DNA from: Bacteroidia bacterium
Lineage (GTDB): Bacteria; Bacteroidota; Bacteroidia; M30B66
Length of the DNA stretch: 64,000 bases
NCBI GenBank assembly: GCA_965279035.1
Contig: OZ257142.1
Span: 3,264,001-3,328,000 of the forward strand
Direction of reading: 5' to 3'
The position numbers were made by a program, and so were the translations under genes. Below, piece by piece: positions 45,225 through 54,832 of this stretch (positions are counted from its first letter, which is position 1; the number at the start of each line of letters is the position of its first letter). Below the pieces are notes generated by a model. The model was not told the origin of the DNA and searched no databases. It saw nothing but the letters and a program-made list of their open reading frames with translations.

Positions 45225-46184
45225 ATGAGTAAAATCAGCATCATCATTCCTTGTTACTATAACGAAGGAAATATCGCTCCATTAACGGCAAAATTAGTCG
45301 CTAATGAAATTGATTTCCCAACTGGAACAGTGGTAGAATATGTGTTTATTGATGATGGAAGTAAAGACCAAACCTATCAACGTTTACTCGATTTCCATAA
45401 TCAATATCCTGATCGAGTTAAAATAGTTAAACTTGCTGGAAACGTTGGTTCTCATAATGCTGTTTTAGCAGGAATGCATTATGCAACAGGCGATTGTTGC
45501 TGCATTATCGCTGCCGATTTGCAAGATCCACCTGAACTTATTCCTCGACTTTTTAGTCATTGGCAAAATGGAATCAAATTGGTAATTGCCAACCGTTCTG
45601 ATAGAGAAGAAGGATTTTTCAAGAAATTGTTTGCATCATTTTATCACAGAATGATGAAGCGTTATGCGCTAAATAATATTCCAGAAAATGGGTTTGATGT
45701 CGTGTTGTTCGATAAGCAGCTTCAACATGAAGTAGTAAAAATTTCAGAAAAGAATTCGAGTCAAACGTATCTTTTTGCCTGGCTTCAATTCGATTATGTG
45801 ACCATTTCATATACCCGTTTAAAACGTGAAATAGGGAAATCTAGTTGGACTTTTTCTAAGAAAATCAAGTTGTTCATCGATTCTTTTGTGTCATTTTCAT
45901 TTTTCCCGATTCGAGCAATTACTTTTTTAGGAATTTTTCTTGGAATCATTTCTTTCCTCTATGGAATCGCTATTATTATAGCGAAACTTGGAGGATATGT
46001 GGAAGTGAAAGGTTGGGCAGGAATTATGGCCGTTATTCTATTGCTTTCTTCTTTTCAAATGATTGCCTTAGGAATTATAGGTGAATATGTTTGGCGAACA
46101 CTTGATGCAAGCCGCAATCGCCCGAATTTTATTGTTGACGAAGTTGTTGGAATGAAACCAAATGAAAAGCCTTTAAATAGTTAA
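45225..46184 (+). CDS. GT2 polyprenol-phosphate glycosyltransferase (GtrB/ArnC-like)
   Basis: IPCYYNE, DDGSKD, ADLQDPP, two C-terminal TM segments, GEY. Confidence 0.92.
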   Translation: MSKISIIIPCYYNEGNIAPLTAKLVANEIDFPTGTVVEYVFIDDGSKDQTYQRLLDFHNQYPDRVKIVKLAGNVGSHNAVLAGMHYATGDCCCIIAADLQDPPELIPRLFSHWQNGIKLVIANRSDREEGFFKKLFASFYHRMMKRYALNNIPENGFDVVLFDKQLQHEVVKISEKNSSQTYLFAWLQFDYVTISYTRLKREIGKSSWTFSKKIKLFIDSFVSFSFFPIRAITFLGIFLGIISFLYGIAIIIAKLGGYVEVKGWAGIMAVILLLSSFQMIALGIIGEYVWRTLDASRNRPNFIVDEVVGMKPNEKPLNS

Positions 46185-46189
46185 TATCC

Positions 46190-47305
46190 ATGAAATCTGT
46201 AAAATTTCTTGACCTCAAAGCAATCAATTTAACCTATGAGCAGGAACTCACCGAAGCATTTCAACGGGTATTGCATTCTGGTTGGTACATTAAGGGGAAG
46301 GAACTTGAAACATTCGAGAAAAACTTTGCATCATACTGTGGAGTAAAGCATTGCATTGGTGTAGCAAATGGACTCGATGCACTTCTTCTTATTATAGAAG
46401 CATATAAAATATTGGGTTTTTTTAAAGATGGGGATGAAATCATTGTTCCATCAAACACGTATATCGCTTCCATTTTAGCAATTACCCGTAATAACCTTGT
46501 ACCTGTTTTAGCAGAGCCTAGCGAATTGAGTTTTAATATTAATCCTTCAATCATTAGAAACCTTATAACGAATAAAACCAAAGGAATTCTAGCTGTTCAT
46601 CTTTATGGTCAATGTGCTGATATTGATCCAATAAAGGAACTTTGCAAGGAATATAACCTCAAATTGATTGAGGATTCTGCACAATCGCAAGGTGCTCGAT
46701 ATAAAGGTATTCGGGCAGGAACTTTAGGTGATGCTTCCGGTTTTAGTTTTTATCCAGGAAAAAATCTTGGCGCTTTGGGTGATGCTGGAGCAATCACAAC
46801 GAACGATGATCAATTGGCAGAAGTGATTCTAGCTTTACATAACTATGGATCAAAAATAAAGTATGAAAACCTTTATGCTGGAGTAAATAGTCGATTGGAT
46901 GAATTACAAGCAGCACTTTTAAGTGTTAAACTTAAGTACTTAGATTCGGAAAATGAAGCCCGTCGTCAAAAGGCAGCACTTTATTTATCAGACATATCAA
47001 ATCCATTAATTAGTCTACCTAGAACGGCTGAAGGCAACGAACATATATGGCATATTTTTGCAGTTAGGATATCCAATAACCTTCGCGATCGATTCCGTGA
47101 TTTTTTGAATGAAAATGGAATCCAAACAGTGGTACATTATCCAATTCCACCTCATAAACAAAAGGCCTATCCACAACTGAATCATTTATCACTTCCTATT
47201 GCAGAAGCAATTCACAACGATGTGATTAGTTTGCCAATTAGTCCTATTATAAGTGAAGATGAGCTTAATTACATCATTAAAGTCTGCAATCAATTTGAAG
47301 GTTGA
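46190..47305 (+). CDS. DegT/DnrJ/EryC1/StrS aminotransferase (FdtB-like)
   Basis: [35 protein letters not shown]. Confidence 0.95.
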   Translation: MKSVKFLDLKAINLTYEQELTEAFQRVLHSGWYIKGKELETFEKNFASYCGVKHCIGVANGLDALLLIIEAYKILGFFKDGDEIIVPSNTYIASILAITRNNLVPVLAEPSELSFNINPSIIRNLITNKTKGILAVHLYGQCADIDPIKELCKEYNLKLIEDSAQSQGARYKGIRAGTLGDASGFSFYPGKNLGALGDAGAITTNDDQLAEVILALHNYGSKIKYENLYAGVNSRLDELQAALLSVKLKYLDSENEARRQKAALYLSDISNPLISLPRTAEGNEHIWHIFAVRISNNLRDRFRDFLNENGIQTVVHYPIPPHKQKAYPQLNHLSLPIAEAIHNDVISLPISPIISEDELNYIIKVCNQFEG

Positions 47306-47571
47306 TTCATTGAATAGTTTGGCTCTATAGCAAAATTCCCAACCTCCATGTTCATTAGTACCTTGAAATGCAGATTCTTAAATTCTCTTCTTGGACTAAA
47401 CTGAAAATGTTTTAAATTCAAATCTTGAATCTTTATAGATAAGCATGGAAAAGATTATTACCATCTTCACAAAGATTAATGCTTATAATCATTTAAGAAT
47501 CGGCATTGTGAAGATTGATTAATTACCAATGAATTGAATTTGAATTCATATTTGAAAAATAAAAAAATCTC

Positions 47572-49422
47572 ATGAAGAATTTTATTAGTAGAAATCTTTT
47601 ATTGTCTGCTTTATTTCCAGCATTCTCCATTCTAATTTATTTCGCATTCATTGGCAGTCCAGTATATGGAACAAATGATGATGTAGCAATGAATATGATG
47701 ATTTCAGGAGTTTTTATTGTAAGTGAACCAACCAATCTGGTATTATTCATTCATCCAATTTATGCTGAAATTTTAAAACTATTATATGAAATTAATATAC
47801 ATATCCCATGGTATGGAATGTCATTTATTTTCCTAGCCTTTTGTGCATTAACGGTATTTAATTTCTCCATAATACGATTATGTAACAAATTCAATCACAA
47901 AGATTTCATTTGGGTTTTACTATTATTAAATGTATTCATTTCATTTCCCATACTGTATCATTTACAATTTACTATTATTTCTGGGATTTTATCTATTTCG
48001 GGAATTTCCTTTTTGCTTTCTCATATTATAATCAGAGAAGAAAGAGCTAAAATTCGAATTACTAGTTTGACAATTGCTATTGGGATGTGTTTTATTGGTG
48101 CGATGATTCGATTTGACGCAACCATGATGGTATTTGTTATTGTTTTTCCAGTAGTTGTTTTACTCATTTTAAAGAAATTAATTATTCTGAAAAATACAGC
48201 GAACACGGGAAATTTTGTGCGAAATGCAATTCCTATCATAGCTCCACTATTCATCCTTTTAGTAGGAATTCTTGGTATAGAAAAATCAAAAGACTTCTAT
48301 TACAATAAATTAGAATGGAATAATTTTAATACAATCAAAAATTCGAAAATCCCATTTGATATTATTGATTCTCAAGCAATTCAATTTGACCAAAACACAA
48401 TCAATTCATTTCGTAAAATCGGTTGGACAAAATCAGATTACGATATGATAAGAACATGGCAATGCATAGATAAAGAGCATTTCGCCTCAGATAAGTTTAC
48501 TAAACTCCGTCAAGAAATAAATGCGAACCATACTGAAGTATCTATAAACTACTATGAGAGATTTCGGGATCATGCCATTGGAACGATTGATATTCTTATG
48601 CAGATAGATTATCTCATTTTCATTTTCTTAATTCCATTTATTCTTACAATTTTCAAGATTAATTTTAAGAAATTCCTAGTCCTTGTATTTAATTTGTCCC
48701 TTTTATTATTTACCTCATTAATTATTTATTCTTATCTCGCTTGTATTTTAAATAGAACATTATTTAGGACTGATTTTTTAATTTTTGCTGCCATCCTTTT
48801 TTATTCTTTCATATTATTTGTTTCAATAGAACCTGAAGCCCAACAGCGAAGTTTATTGCAATTTAAAAATAGTTCATTCGTTTATAGATCATTATACATA
48901 CTAACATTCATCAGCTCTTTAATCATATTTAAAACAAAATTTAACAATGTCTCTAATTATGTAAGCTATGTAAAATCTGAAAGTAATAATTTTCACCAGA
49001 AAACTTTAACTGAATGGTTAAACATACTACCTGAAAATTCAATAATTTATAATGTAGGAGCATCCTTCCCTTATGAATATTATTTACCTCTAAATGATAT
49101 TTCATTTTATAGCCAGTTTGAAAAGAAATCAATCGGATTTATTAGTGCAAGTGGTGCTAATCAATCGCCGACTCAACTTAAACAATTAGAAAAATATAAA
49201 CTTGATAGCAACTTTTTCAAATCACTATCACATGCTCCTAATGTTTACTTTGTAAATTCTAAATACAATGTTGAAGTCTCAAATAGTCTAAAACAAATGT
49301 TAAGTACTTTTTACTTTGAAAAATATGGGATAACTGTCAGCTTTGAAGAATTGAATAATGTTGCAATGCTTTCTAAATTCAATTTTACATCAAATTCAAA
49401 TCAAGACTTACCTAACCCTTAG
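47572..49422 (+). CDS. Polytopic membrane protein, possible GT-C glycosyltransferase
   Basis: About 11 TM segments; TNDD acidic motif after TM1. Confidence 0.6.
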   Translation: MKNFISRNLLLSALFPAFSILIYFAFIGSPVYGTNDDVAMNMMISGVFIVSEPTNLVLFIHPIYAEILKLLYEINIHIPWYGMSFIFLAFCALTVFNFSIIRLCNKFNHKDFIWVLLLLNVFISFPILYHLQFTIISGILSISGISFLLSHIIIREERAKIRITSLTIAIGMCFIGAMIRFDATMMVFVIVFPVVVLLILKKLIILKNTANTGNFVRNAIPIIAPLFILLVGILGIEKSKDFYYNKLEWNNFNTIKNSKIPFDIIDSQAIQFDQNTINSFRKIGWTKSDYDMIRTWQCIDKEHFASDKFTKLRQEINANHTEVSINYYERFRDHAIGTIDILMQIDYLIFIFLIPFILTIFKINFKKFLVLVFNLSLLLFTSLIIYSYLACILNRTLFRTDFLIFAAILFYSFILFVSIEPEAQQRSLLQFKNSSFVYRSLYILTFISSLIIFKTKFNNVSNYVSYVKSESNNFHQKTLTEWLNILPENSIIYNVGASFPYEYYLPLNDISFYSQFEKKSIGFISASGANQSPTQLKQLEKYKLDSNFFKSLSHAPNVYFVNSKYNVEVSNSLKQMLSTFYFEKYGITVSFEELNNVAMLSKFNFTSNSNQDLPNP

Positions 49423-49496
49423 ATAGTATAATTTAATAGTATATTTTCCTTTAAAAATATTGATCAATTCAAACGATAATTGAGATTATTTGCTCC

Positions 49497-50150
49497 ATGC
49501 ATTTCCTCAACCTCCATACGCATCGTAAACCTCAACTCACAAATGAAAAGGTCATACGAAATGCATTTGTTTTAGAGAACTCGAAACTTGCACCTCTGCC
49601 CTATTTCTTGAGCTGTGGAATTCATCCTTGGTTAATCAATCTGCAATGGAAAAATCAAATCCAACAGCTCGAACAAAATCTGCAAAATCTTGAACAGTTA
49701 GTGGCAGTTGGTGAATGTGGATTAGATCGAATAAAAGGTGCCGATTGGAAACTTCAACAGGTAGTTTTGGATGCGCATATTCAACTAGCCAATCAGTATA
49801 AAAAACCACTTATTCTGCATCTGGTAAAATCCTATTCAGATATCTTAGCCTACGCATCAAACATTCAAGTTCCTTGGATTATACATGGTTTTAAGGGAAA
49901 TCGCATTGAAGCCGAACAACTCATTAAAAAAGGAGCTCGTTTCTCGTTTGGACCACGTTTGATGCTTGAAAAAAACATTCAAGAAACATTATGCTCCATT
50001 CCAACCGAATTCATCTACCTCGAAACTGATACGAAGCCGATCGATATTCAGTCTCAATATATCTATGCTGCTCAATTGAGAAATATGTCGGTAGAGATGC
50101 TAAAAGAAGTCATTTGGACTAATTTCGCACGCGATTTTAAAACCATATGA
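49497..50150 (+). CDS. tatD: TatD family hydrolase
   Basis: HTH, GIHPW, GECGLD, HGF, LETD. Confidence 0.92.
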   Translation: MHFLNLHTHRKPQLTNEKVIRNAFVLENSKLAPLPYFLSCGIHPWLINLQWKNQIQQLEQNLQNLEQLVAVGECGLDRIKGADWKLQQVVLDAHIQLANQYKKPLILHLVKSYSDILAYASNIQVPWIIHGFKGNRIEAEQLIKKGARFSFGPRLMLEKNIQETLCSIPTEFIYLETDTKPIDIQSQYIYAAQLRNMSVEMLKEVIWTNFARDFKTI

Positions 50151-50926
50151 AGCACACTGTAGTTCCAAGTTGGATTAGCCGGATGCAATTGATGACCGGA
50201 GATGAGCCCATTTTAAAACTGATGAATAGTCATGTTTTGATTGCTGGTTTAGGTGGTGTTGGAGGAATTGCGGCCGAAATGCTCGTTCGCGCTGGCATTG
50301 GTACTATCACCATTATTGATTCGGATGTGGTGGATGAAACCAATCGTAATCGTCAGATTCCGGCTTTGAAAAGTACAGAGGGAAGATTGAAGACCGAAGT
50401 CATGGCTGAACGTTTATTGGATATCAACCCAGAACTCAATCTTCGAATTCATACGGTTTTTCTAAAGGAAGGAATTACCGAGGAATTAATTGATACGATG
50501 AAGATTGATTATGCAGTTGATTGCATTGATACCCTTTCGCCCAAAGTTTTTTATTTGAAGAAATGCCTCGATCGTGGAATTCCGGTGGTGAGTTCGATGG
50601 GAGCTGGAGGAAAAATTGATCCAACACAATTACGTGTGGGCGATATTTCCGAATCGAAACACTGTAACCTAGCACGTTACGTTCGTAAACGATTGCGGGC
50701 TTTAGGTATTTATAAGGGAATCAAAGTGGTTTATTCGCCCGAACTAGCCGACCCGAATAAAATCATTACCGCACCAGAAGGTAGTGCTAAAAAGAGTTTT
50801 ATTGGAACGATGTCGTATATGCCGGCTGTTTTTGGATGTACCATTGCCAGCGTTGTAATACGCGATTTGAGCGGTGTGGAAGAATATCGTCCCACACCTG
50901 CACGTGTTCCTAAAAAAAGAAAGTAA
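50147..50926 (+). CDS. tcdA: tRNA threonylcarbamoyladenosine dehydratase (ThiF family)
   Basis: GLGGVGG, NRNRQ, DCID, SSMGAG, YSPE. Confidence 0.9.
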   Translation: MKHTVVPSWISRMQLMTGDEPILKLMNSHVLIAGLGGVGGIAAEMLVRAGIGTITIIDSDVVDETNRNRQIPALKSTEGRLKTEVMAERLLDINPELNLRIHTVFLKEGITEELIDTMKIDYAVDCIDTLSPKVFYLKKCLDRGIPVVSSMGAGGKIDPTQLRVGDISESKHCNLARYVRKRLRALGIYKGIKVVYSPELADPNKIITAPEGSAKKSFIGTMSYMPAVFGCTIASVVIRDLSGVEEYRPTPARVPKKRK

Positions 50927-51136
50927 TCAAGAATTAATCTCGGTGTGCTTTTCTTTTGGAGCTTCAGGAAGTTCTGACTTTCCTTCTTTTGCGTTTTTAA
51001 ATTCACGCATTCCTTGACCAAGACCTTTCATTAATTCAGGAATTTTCTTTCCACCAAAAAGGAGAAGAATACCTGCACCAATGAGAATTAATTCAGTTGG
51101 ACCAAGAGCACCTAGAAAAATATGAGCAAGAGTCAT
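50927..51136 (-). CDS. tatA: TatA/E translocase subunit
   Basis: LLFGGKKIPELMKGLGQGMREFK. Confidence 0.93.
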   Translation of the reverse strand: MTLAHIFLGALGPTELILIGAGILLLFGGKKIPELMKGLGQGMREFKNAKEGKSELPEAPKEKHTEINS

Positions 51137-51148
51137 ATTCGTATGATT

Positions 51149-51559
51149 TTAATTGTTTGGGATTGATGTGTTTTCCGATTGGGATTCTTGAATCTTTTCG
51201 GAAACTGGATTTACATTCTCGACAGATTCTGTGTTTATAACAGCAGCTGCCGGTTGATCTTCGTTTGTACTTGTTGAAATTGCTTGAGGTTCAGTAAACT
51301 CTTCAACGAGTTGATCCAACTTCACTTCTTCTTTTACCCCCGTTTGGACTTTCGTTACTTCTTCTTTGATTTTATTGGCTTCGGCTTGTATTTCTCGACG
51401 AATCCCATTGGATGCTTCTTGAAACTCACGCATTCCTTTACCTAAACCACGAGCTAACTCAGGAATTTTCTTGGAACCAAAAAACATGAGTACAAACAGC
51501 ATAATCACAACGATTTCGCCGCCACTCACATCAAAAAAAACAAAAATAGAACCCAGCAT
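51149..51559 (-). CDS. TatA/TatB translocase subunit
   Basis: FFGSKKIPELARGLGKGMREF plus long acidic tail. Confidence 0.9.
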   Translation of the reverse strand: MLGSIFVFFDVSGGEIVVIMLFVLMFFGSKKIPELARGLGKGMREFQEASNGIRREIQAEANKIKEEVTKVQTGVKEEVKLDQLVEEFTEPQAISTSTNEDQPAAAVINTESVENVNPVSEKIQESQSENTSIPNN

Positions 51560-51566
51560 TTGAGAA

Positions 51567-51602
51567 AGCTGATTCTATAACGGAAGTGTTATAGAATCAG
51601 CT
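51567..51602. terminator. Hairpin between secDF and the tat genes
   Basis: AGCTGATTCTATAAC/GTTATAGAATCAGCT 15-bp stem. Confidence 0.55.
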
Positions 51603-51609
51603 GGTAAAA

Positions 51610-54609
51610 TTACTTCTTTTCTTCATTCGTTTTACTTGCAGTACGACGAGTTAAATCGACCACAACTGGAGAAGCTACGAAGAGTGATGTGTATGTTCCA
51701 ACAATTACCCCTAAAAGCATCGCGAATGCAAATCCTCGAATTACTTCACCACCAAAGATGAAGAGGATAATCAATACTCCAATGGTTGTCATACCCGTAA
51801 CAGCAGTACGAGAAAGTGTACTGTTCAAGGCGTTGTTGATGATTGTAGAAAGATCTTCACGCTTGCTGTTCGGCATTGCCAAGTATTCCCGGATACGGTC
51901 AAAGATTACAACCGTATCGTTAATCGCATACCCGACAACAGTCAATATTGCCGCAATAAATGCCTGATCAATATCAAGTGAGAATGGTAGAATGTGATTA
52001 AAGATGGAGAATATCGAAAGGATGAACACAACTACATAAGCAAGTGCTGCAATCGCACCAACTCCATATTGCCATTTACGGAAACGAAGTAATAGATAAA
52101 GGAATAGCACGAGCAAGGAGAAAATCACCGACAATACAGCCGAATCTTTAATATCATTTGCAACAGTAGGTTCAACTTTTTGTGAAGATTGAATAACAGG
52201 AGCTACACCTGTGATTGGAGTTAACTCCGAAATCATTTTACTAGCAACAATAGAATCGGCCGCTAATGATTCATCTTCCAACATATACCCAGTAGTAATC
52301 TTCAATTGATTCGAACTACCGTATACTTTTACATCAGGTGATTTTTGGAACGCTTTGTAAAGAATCTCGCGCGCTTGATCAGTTTGTACAGATTTATCAA
52401 AACGAACTACATACGAACGACCTCCTTCGAAATCCACACCGTAACCAAATCCTTTGGTCACCATGAATCCTAAACCAATCACAATAACAGCAAGCGAAAC
52501 TGCATAGAATCGTTTACGTTGGTTGATGAAATCGAAATTACTTCCACTGAATAATTTAGCTGTCAATGGAATAGAGAATTTTACTTCTTTATTACGTTTT
52601 CCAAGGAATTCAAAACACAAACGTGTGATGAAAATTGCAGAGAACAATGAAGTTAAAATACCAATTACCAATGTTGTAGCAAATCCTTGAATTGGTCCTG
52701 TACCGAAAATGTAAAGGATTACACCCGTTAATAATGTTGTTACGTTGGAGTCAATAATAGCAGAATAAGCTCCTTTGAAACCATCAACAATCGCTTGCTT
52801 GTATGCTTTCCCGGATGCTAATTCCTCTCGAATACGTTCGTAAATAAGCACGTTCGCATCCACCGACATACCGATCGTTAACACGATACCTGCAATACCA
52901 GGAAGTGTTAGAACCGCTCCAAGGGATGTCATCACTCCCATAAGGAAGAATACGTTGGCAATTAGTGCCACATCGGCAACGATTCCACCACCACTGTAGT
53001 AAAAGCCCATGAAAAGGAATACTAATACAAGTCCAGCCAATGCTGAAAGTAAACCAGAGTTAATTGCTTCTGCACCTAGTGATGGACCTACAACAGCTTC
53101 TTCAACAATACGAGCAGGAGCATCCATCTTTCCAGAATTGAGGATGTTGGATAAATCTTCTGCTTCTTTGATTGTGAAATTTCCACTGATGGAAGAATTT
53201 CCACCACTAATTTCACTTTGTACTGTAGGATAACTATACACATAATTATCAAGTACAATGGCTACGCTCTTACCGATGTTCTCACCAGTCATTCGTTTCC
53301 AAATCCCAGCACCTTCGCCGTTCATAGCCATTGAAACTTCGGGTTTGTTATTTAACTGACCGTAATTTAAACGGGCATCAGTTACATATTCACCTGTTAA
53401 ACGAGGCTTTCCATCGCGAGGAACTTTAATCGCAACGAGTTCGAATGCATTTTCTTTTTCATCAAATGGCTTCACGCTCCAGAAGAAACGAATGTCTTTC
53501 GGGAAGACTTCTTTAATCTGTGGCATGTTGAAGATTTGATTCACACGTGCAGTGTCTTTCGTCAATGCAATACCTACAACCGGACCTGGACGGAATGTAC
53601 TTCCCTCGTTGGTTTGGTTGATATTCGGACTAAGAACAACATAAAGTGGATTGTCTTTTTGAGCTTTAGCACGTTGAGCAGCTTCAGATGTGTCTTTGCT
53701 AGCAGAAGTATCGGCTTTCGCCATTTTTTCGGCTAATGACATGCTTGTGTCTTTAGCGGCTTTTGTAGAATCAATAACAGCTGTTGCTGAAGAATCTACG
53801 GCTGTTGGAGCAGTCGCTTTATCAGCATTCGTAAGGTCTTTCAGACGTTTGTTCGCAGCTTCAAGATACTGGAAAGCATCTTTATTTTCGAAAGTTTCCC
53901 AGAATTCTAATTTCGCCGCACCTTGAAGAAGTTTACGAACACGTTCTGGTTCTTTCACTCCGGGAAGTTCAACCAAAATACGGTCAGAACCTTCTAAACG
54001 TTGAATGTTTGGTTGAGTAACACCAAATTTATCAATACGATTTCGGATAACGGTATAGGCATTATCAACCGAAGCTTTTACTTTGGTACGAATCACTTTT
54101 ACGACTTCCTCATCGCTCATTTTGGAATTCACCAAATCCTTCATGTCTTTGTTTCCAAAGAATGCAGGTGCTGATAAACGTGCAGCTGGATCGGTTTCCT
54201 TAACTGCTGCAGCAAATAGATCGATAAAGTCACCACCGCTGGCTTTCTGGCGTGCGTTTGCCAGCTCCATTGCTTTTGTGAAAGTAGGATCTGTACTGTT
54301 GTTTGCTAAAGAACGAACAACATCAGAAACCGCAACTTCAAGAGTCACGTTCATACCACCTTTTAAGTCAAGACCAAGGTTTAGTTCCTTTGCCTTACAC
54401 TCACGGTAAGTATACTTTCTGAATAAAACATTGTAAACTGTCTCACTCGCTATGGAGTCGAGATACGCCTTTTCCTTTTTCGGATCACCGGCAGCGAAAA
54501 TTTTTGCGTCACTTTCTACGCTACTCGCTTTCCAAGTAAATGAAAGCTCGAACAGACATACGAGCGCAAGCATGATCGCGAAAAAGCTTATTGCACCTTT
54601 GTTTTGCAT
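51610..54609 (-). CDS. secDF: Protein translocase subunit SecDF
   Basis: LGLDLKGG, RIDKFGV, GMSVDANVLIYERIREE, GVDFEGG, NDTVVIFDRIRE. Confidence 0.98.
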   Translation of the reverse strand: MQNKGAISFFAIMLALVCLFELSFTWKASSVESDAKIFAAGDPKKEKAYLDSIASETVYNVLFRKYTYRECKAKELNLGLDLKGGMNVTLEVAVSDVVRSLANNSTDPTFTKAMELANARQKASGGDFIDLFAAAVKETDPAARLSAPAFFGNKDMKDLVNSKMSDEEVVKVIRTKVKASVDNAYTVIRNRIDKFGVTQPNIQRLEGSDRILVELPGVKEPERVRKLLQGAAKLEFWETFENKDAFQYLEAANKRLKDLTNADKATAPTAVDSSATAVIDSTKAAKDTSMSLAEKMAKADTSASKDTSEAAQRAKAQKDNPLYVVLSPNINQTNEGSTFRPGPVVGIALTKDTARVNQIFNMPQIKEVFPKDIRFFWSVKPFDEKENAFELVAIKVPRDGKPRLTGEYVTDARLNYGQLNNKPEVSMAMNGEGAGIWKRMTGENIGKSVAIVLDNYVYSYPTVQSEISGGNSSISGNFTIKEAEDLSNILNSGKMDAPARIVEEAVVGPSLGAEAINSGLLSALAGLVLVFLFMGFYYSGGGIVADVALIANVFFLMGVMTSLGAVLTLPGIAGIVLTIGMSVDANVLIYERIREELASGKAYKQAIVDGFKGAYSAIIDSNVTTLLTGVILYIFGTGPIQGFATTLVIGILTSLFSAIFITRLCFEFLGKRNKEVKFSIPLTAKLFSGSNFDFINQRKRFYAVSLAVIVIGLGFMVTKGFGYGVDFEGGRSYVVRFDKSVQTDQAREILYKAFQKSPDVKVYGSSNQLKITTGYMLEDESLAADSIVASKMISELTPITGVAPVIQSSQKVEPTVANDIKDSAVLSVIFSLLVLFLYLLLRFRKWQYGVGAIAALAYVVVFILSIFSIFNHILPFSLDIDQAFIAAILTVVGYAINDTVVIFDRIREYLAMPNSKREDLSTIINNALNSTLSRTAVTGMTTIGVLIILFIFGGEVIRGFAFAMLLGVIVGTYTSLFVASPVVVDLTRRTASKTNEEKK

Positions 54610-54832
54610 TGGATTTTGTTAAATAATTCTAAAAAATCGGACGGCAAATATAGAACAACAAACCATAAATACCAATTCATTGATATTATTCGGAATGGCT
54701 AGAAAATCAAGGTGTTGAGAAATGAAAACAAAAATTTCCTTTCAGATATTTCTTTTCGACATCCAAACTTTCTTTCACAAGCAATCGCAAAATTCTGTTT
54801 CATCGTCATTGAAAAAATAACATCTTTGTTTT

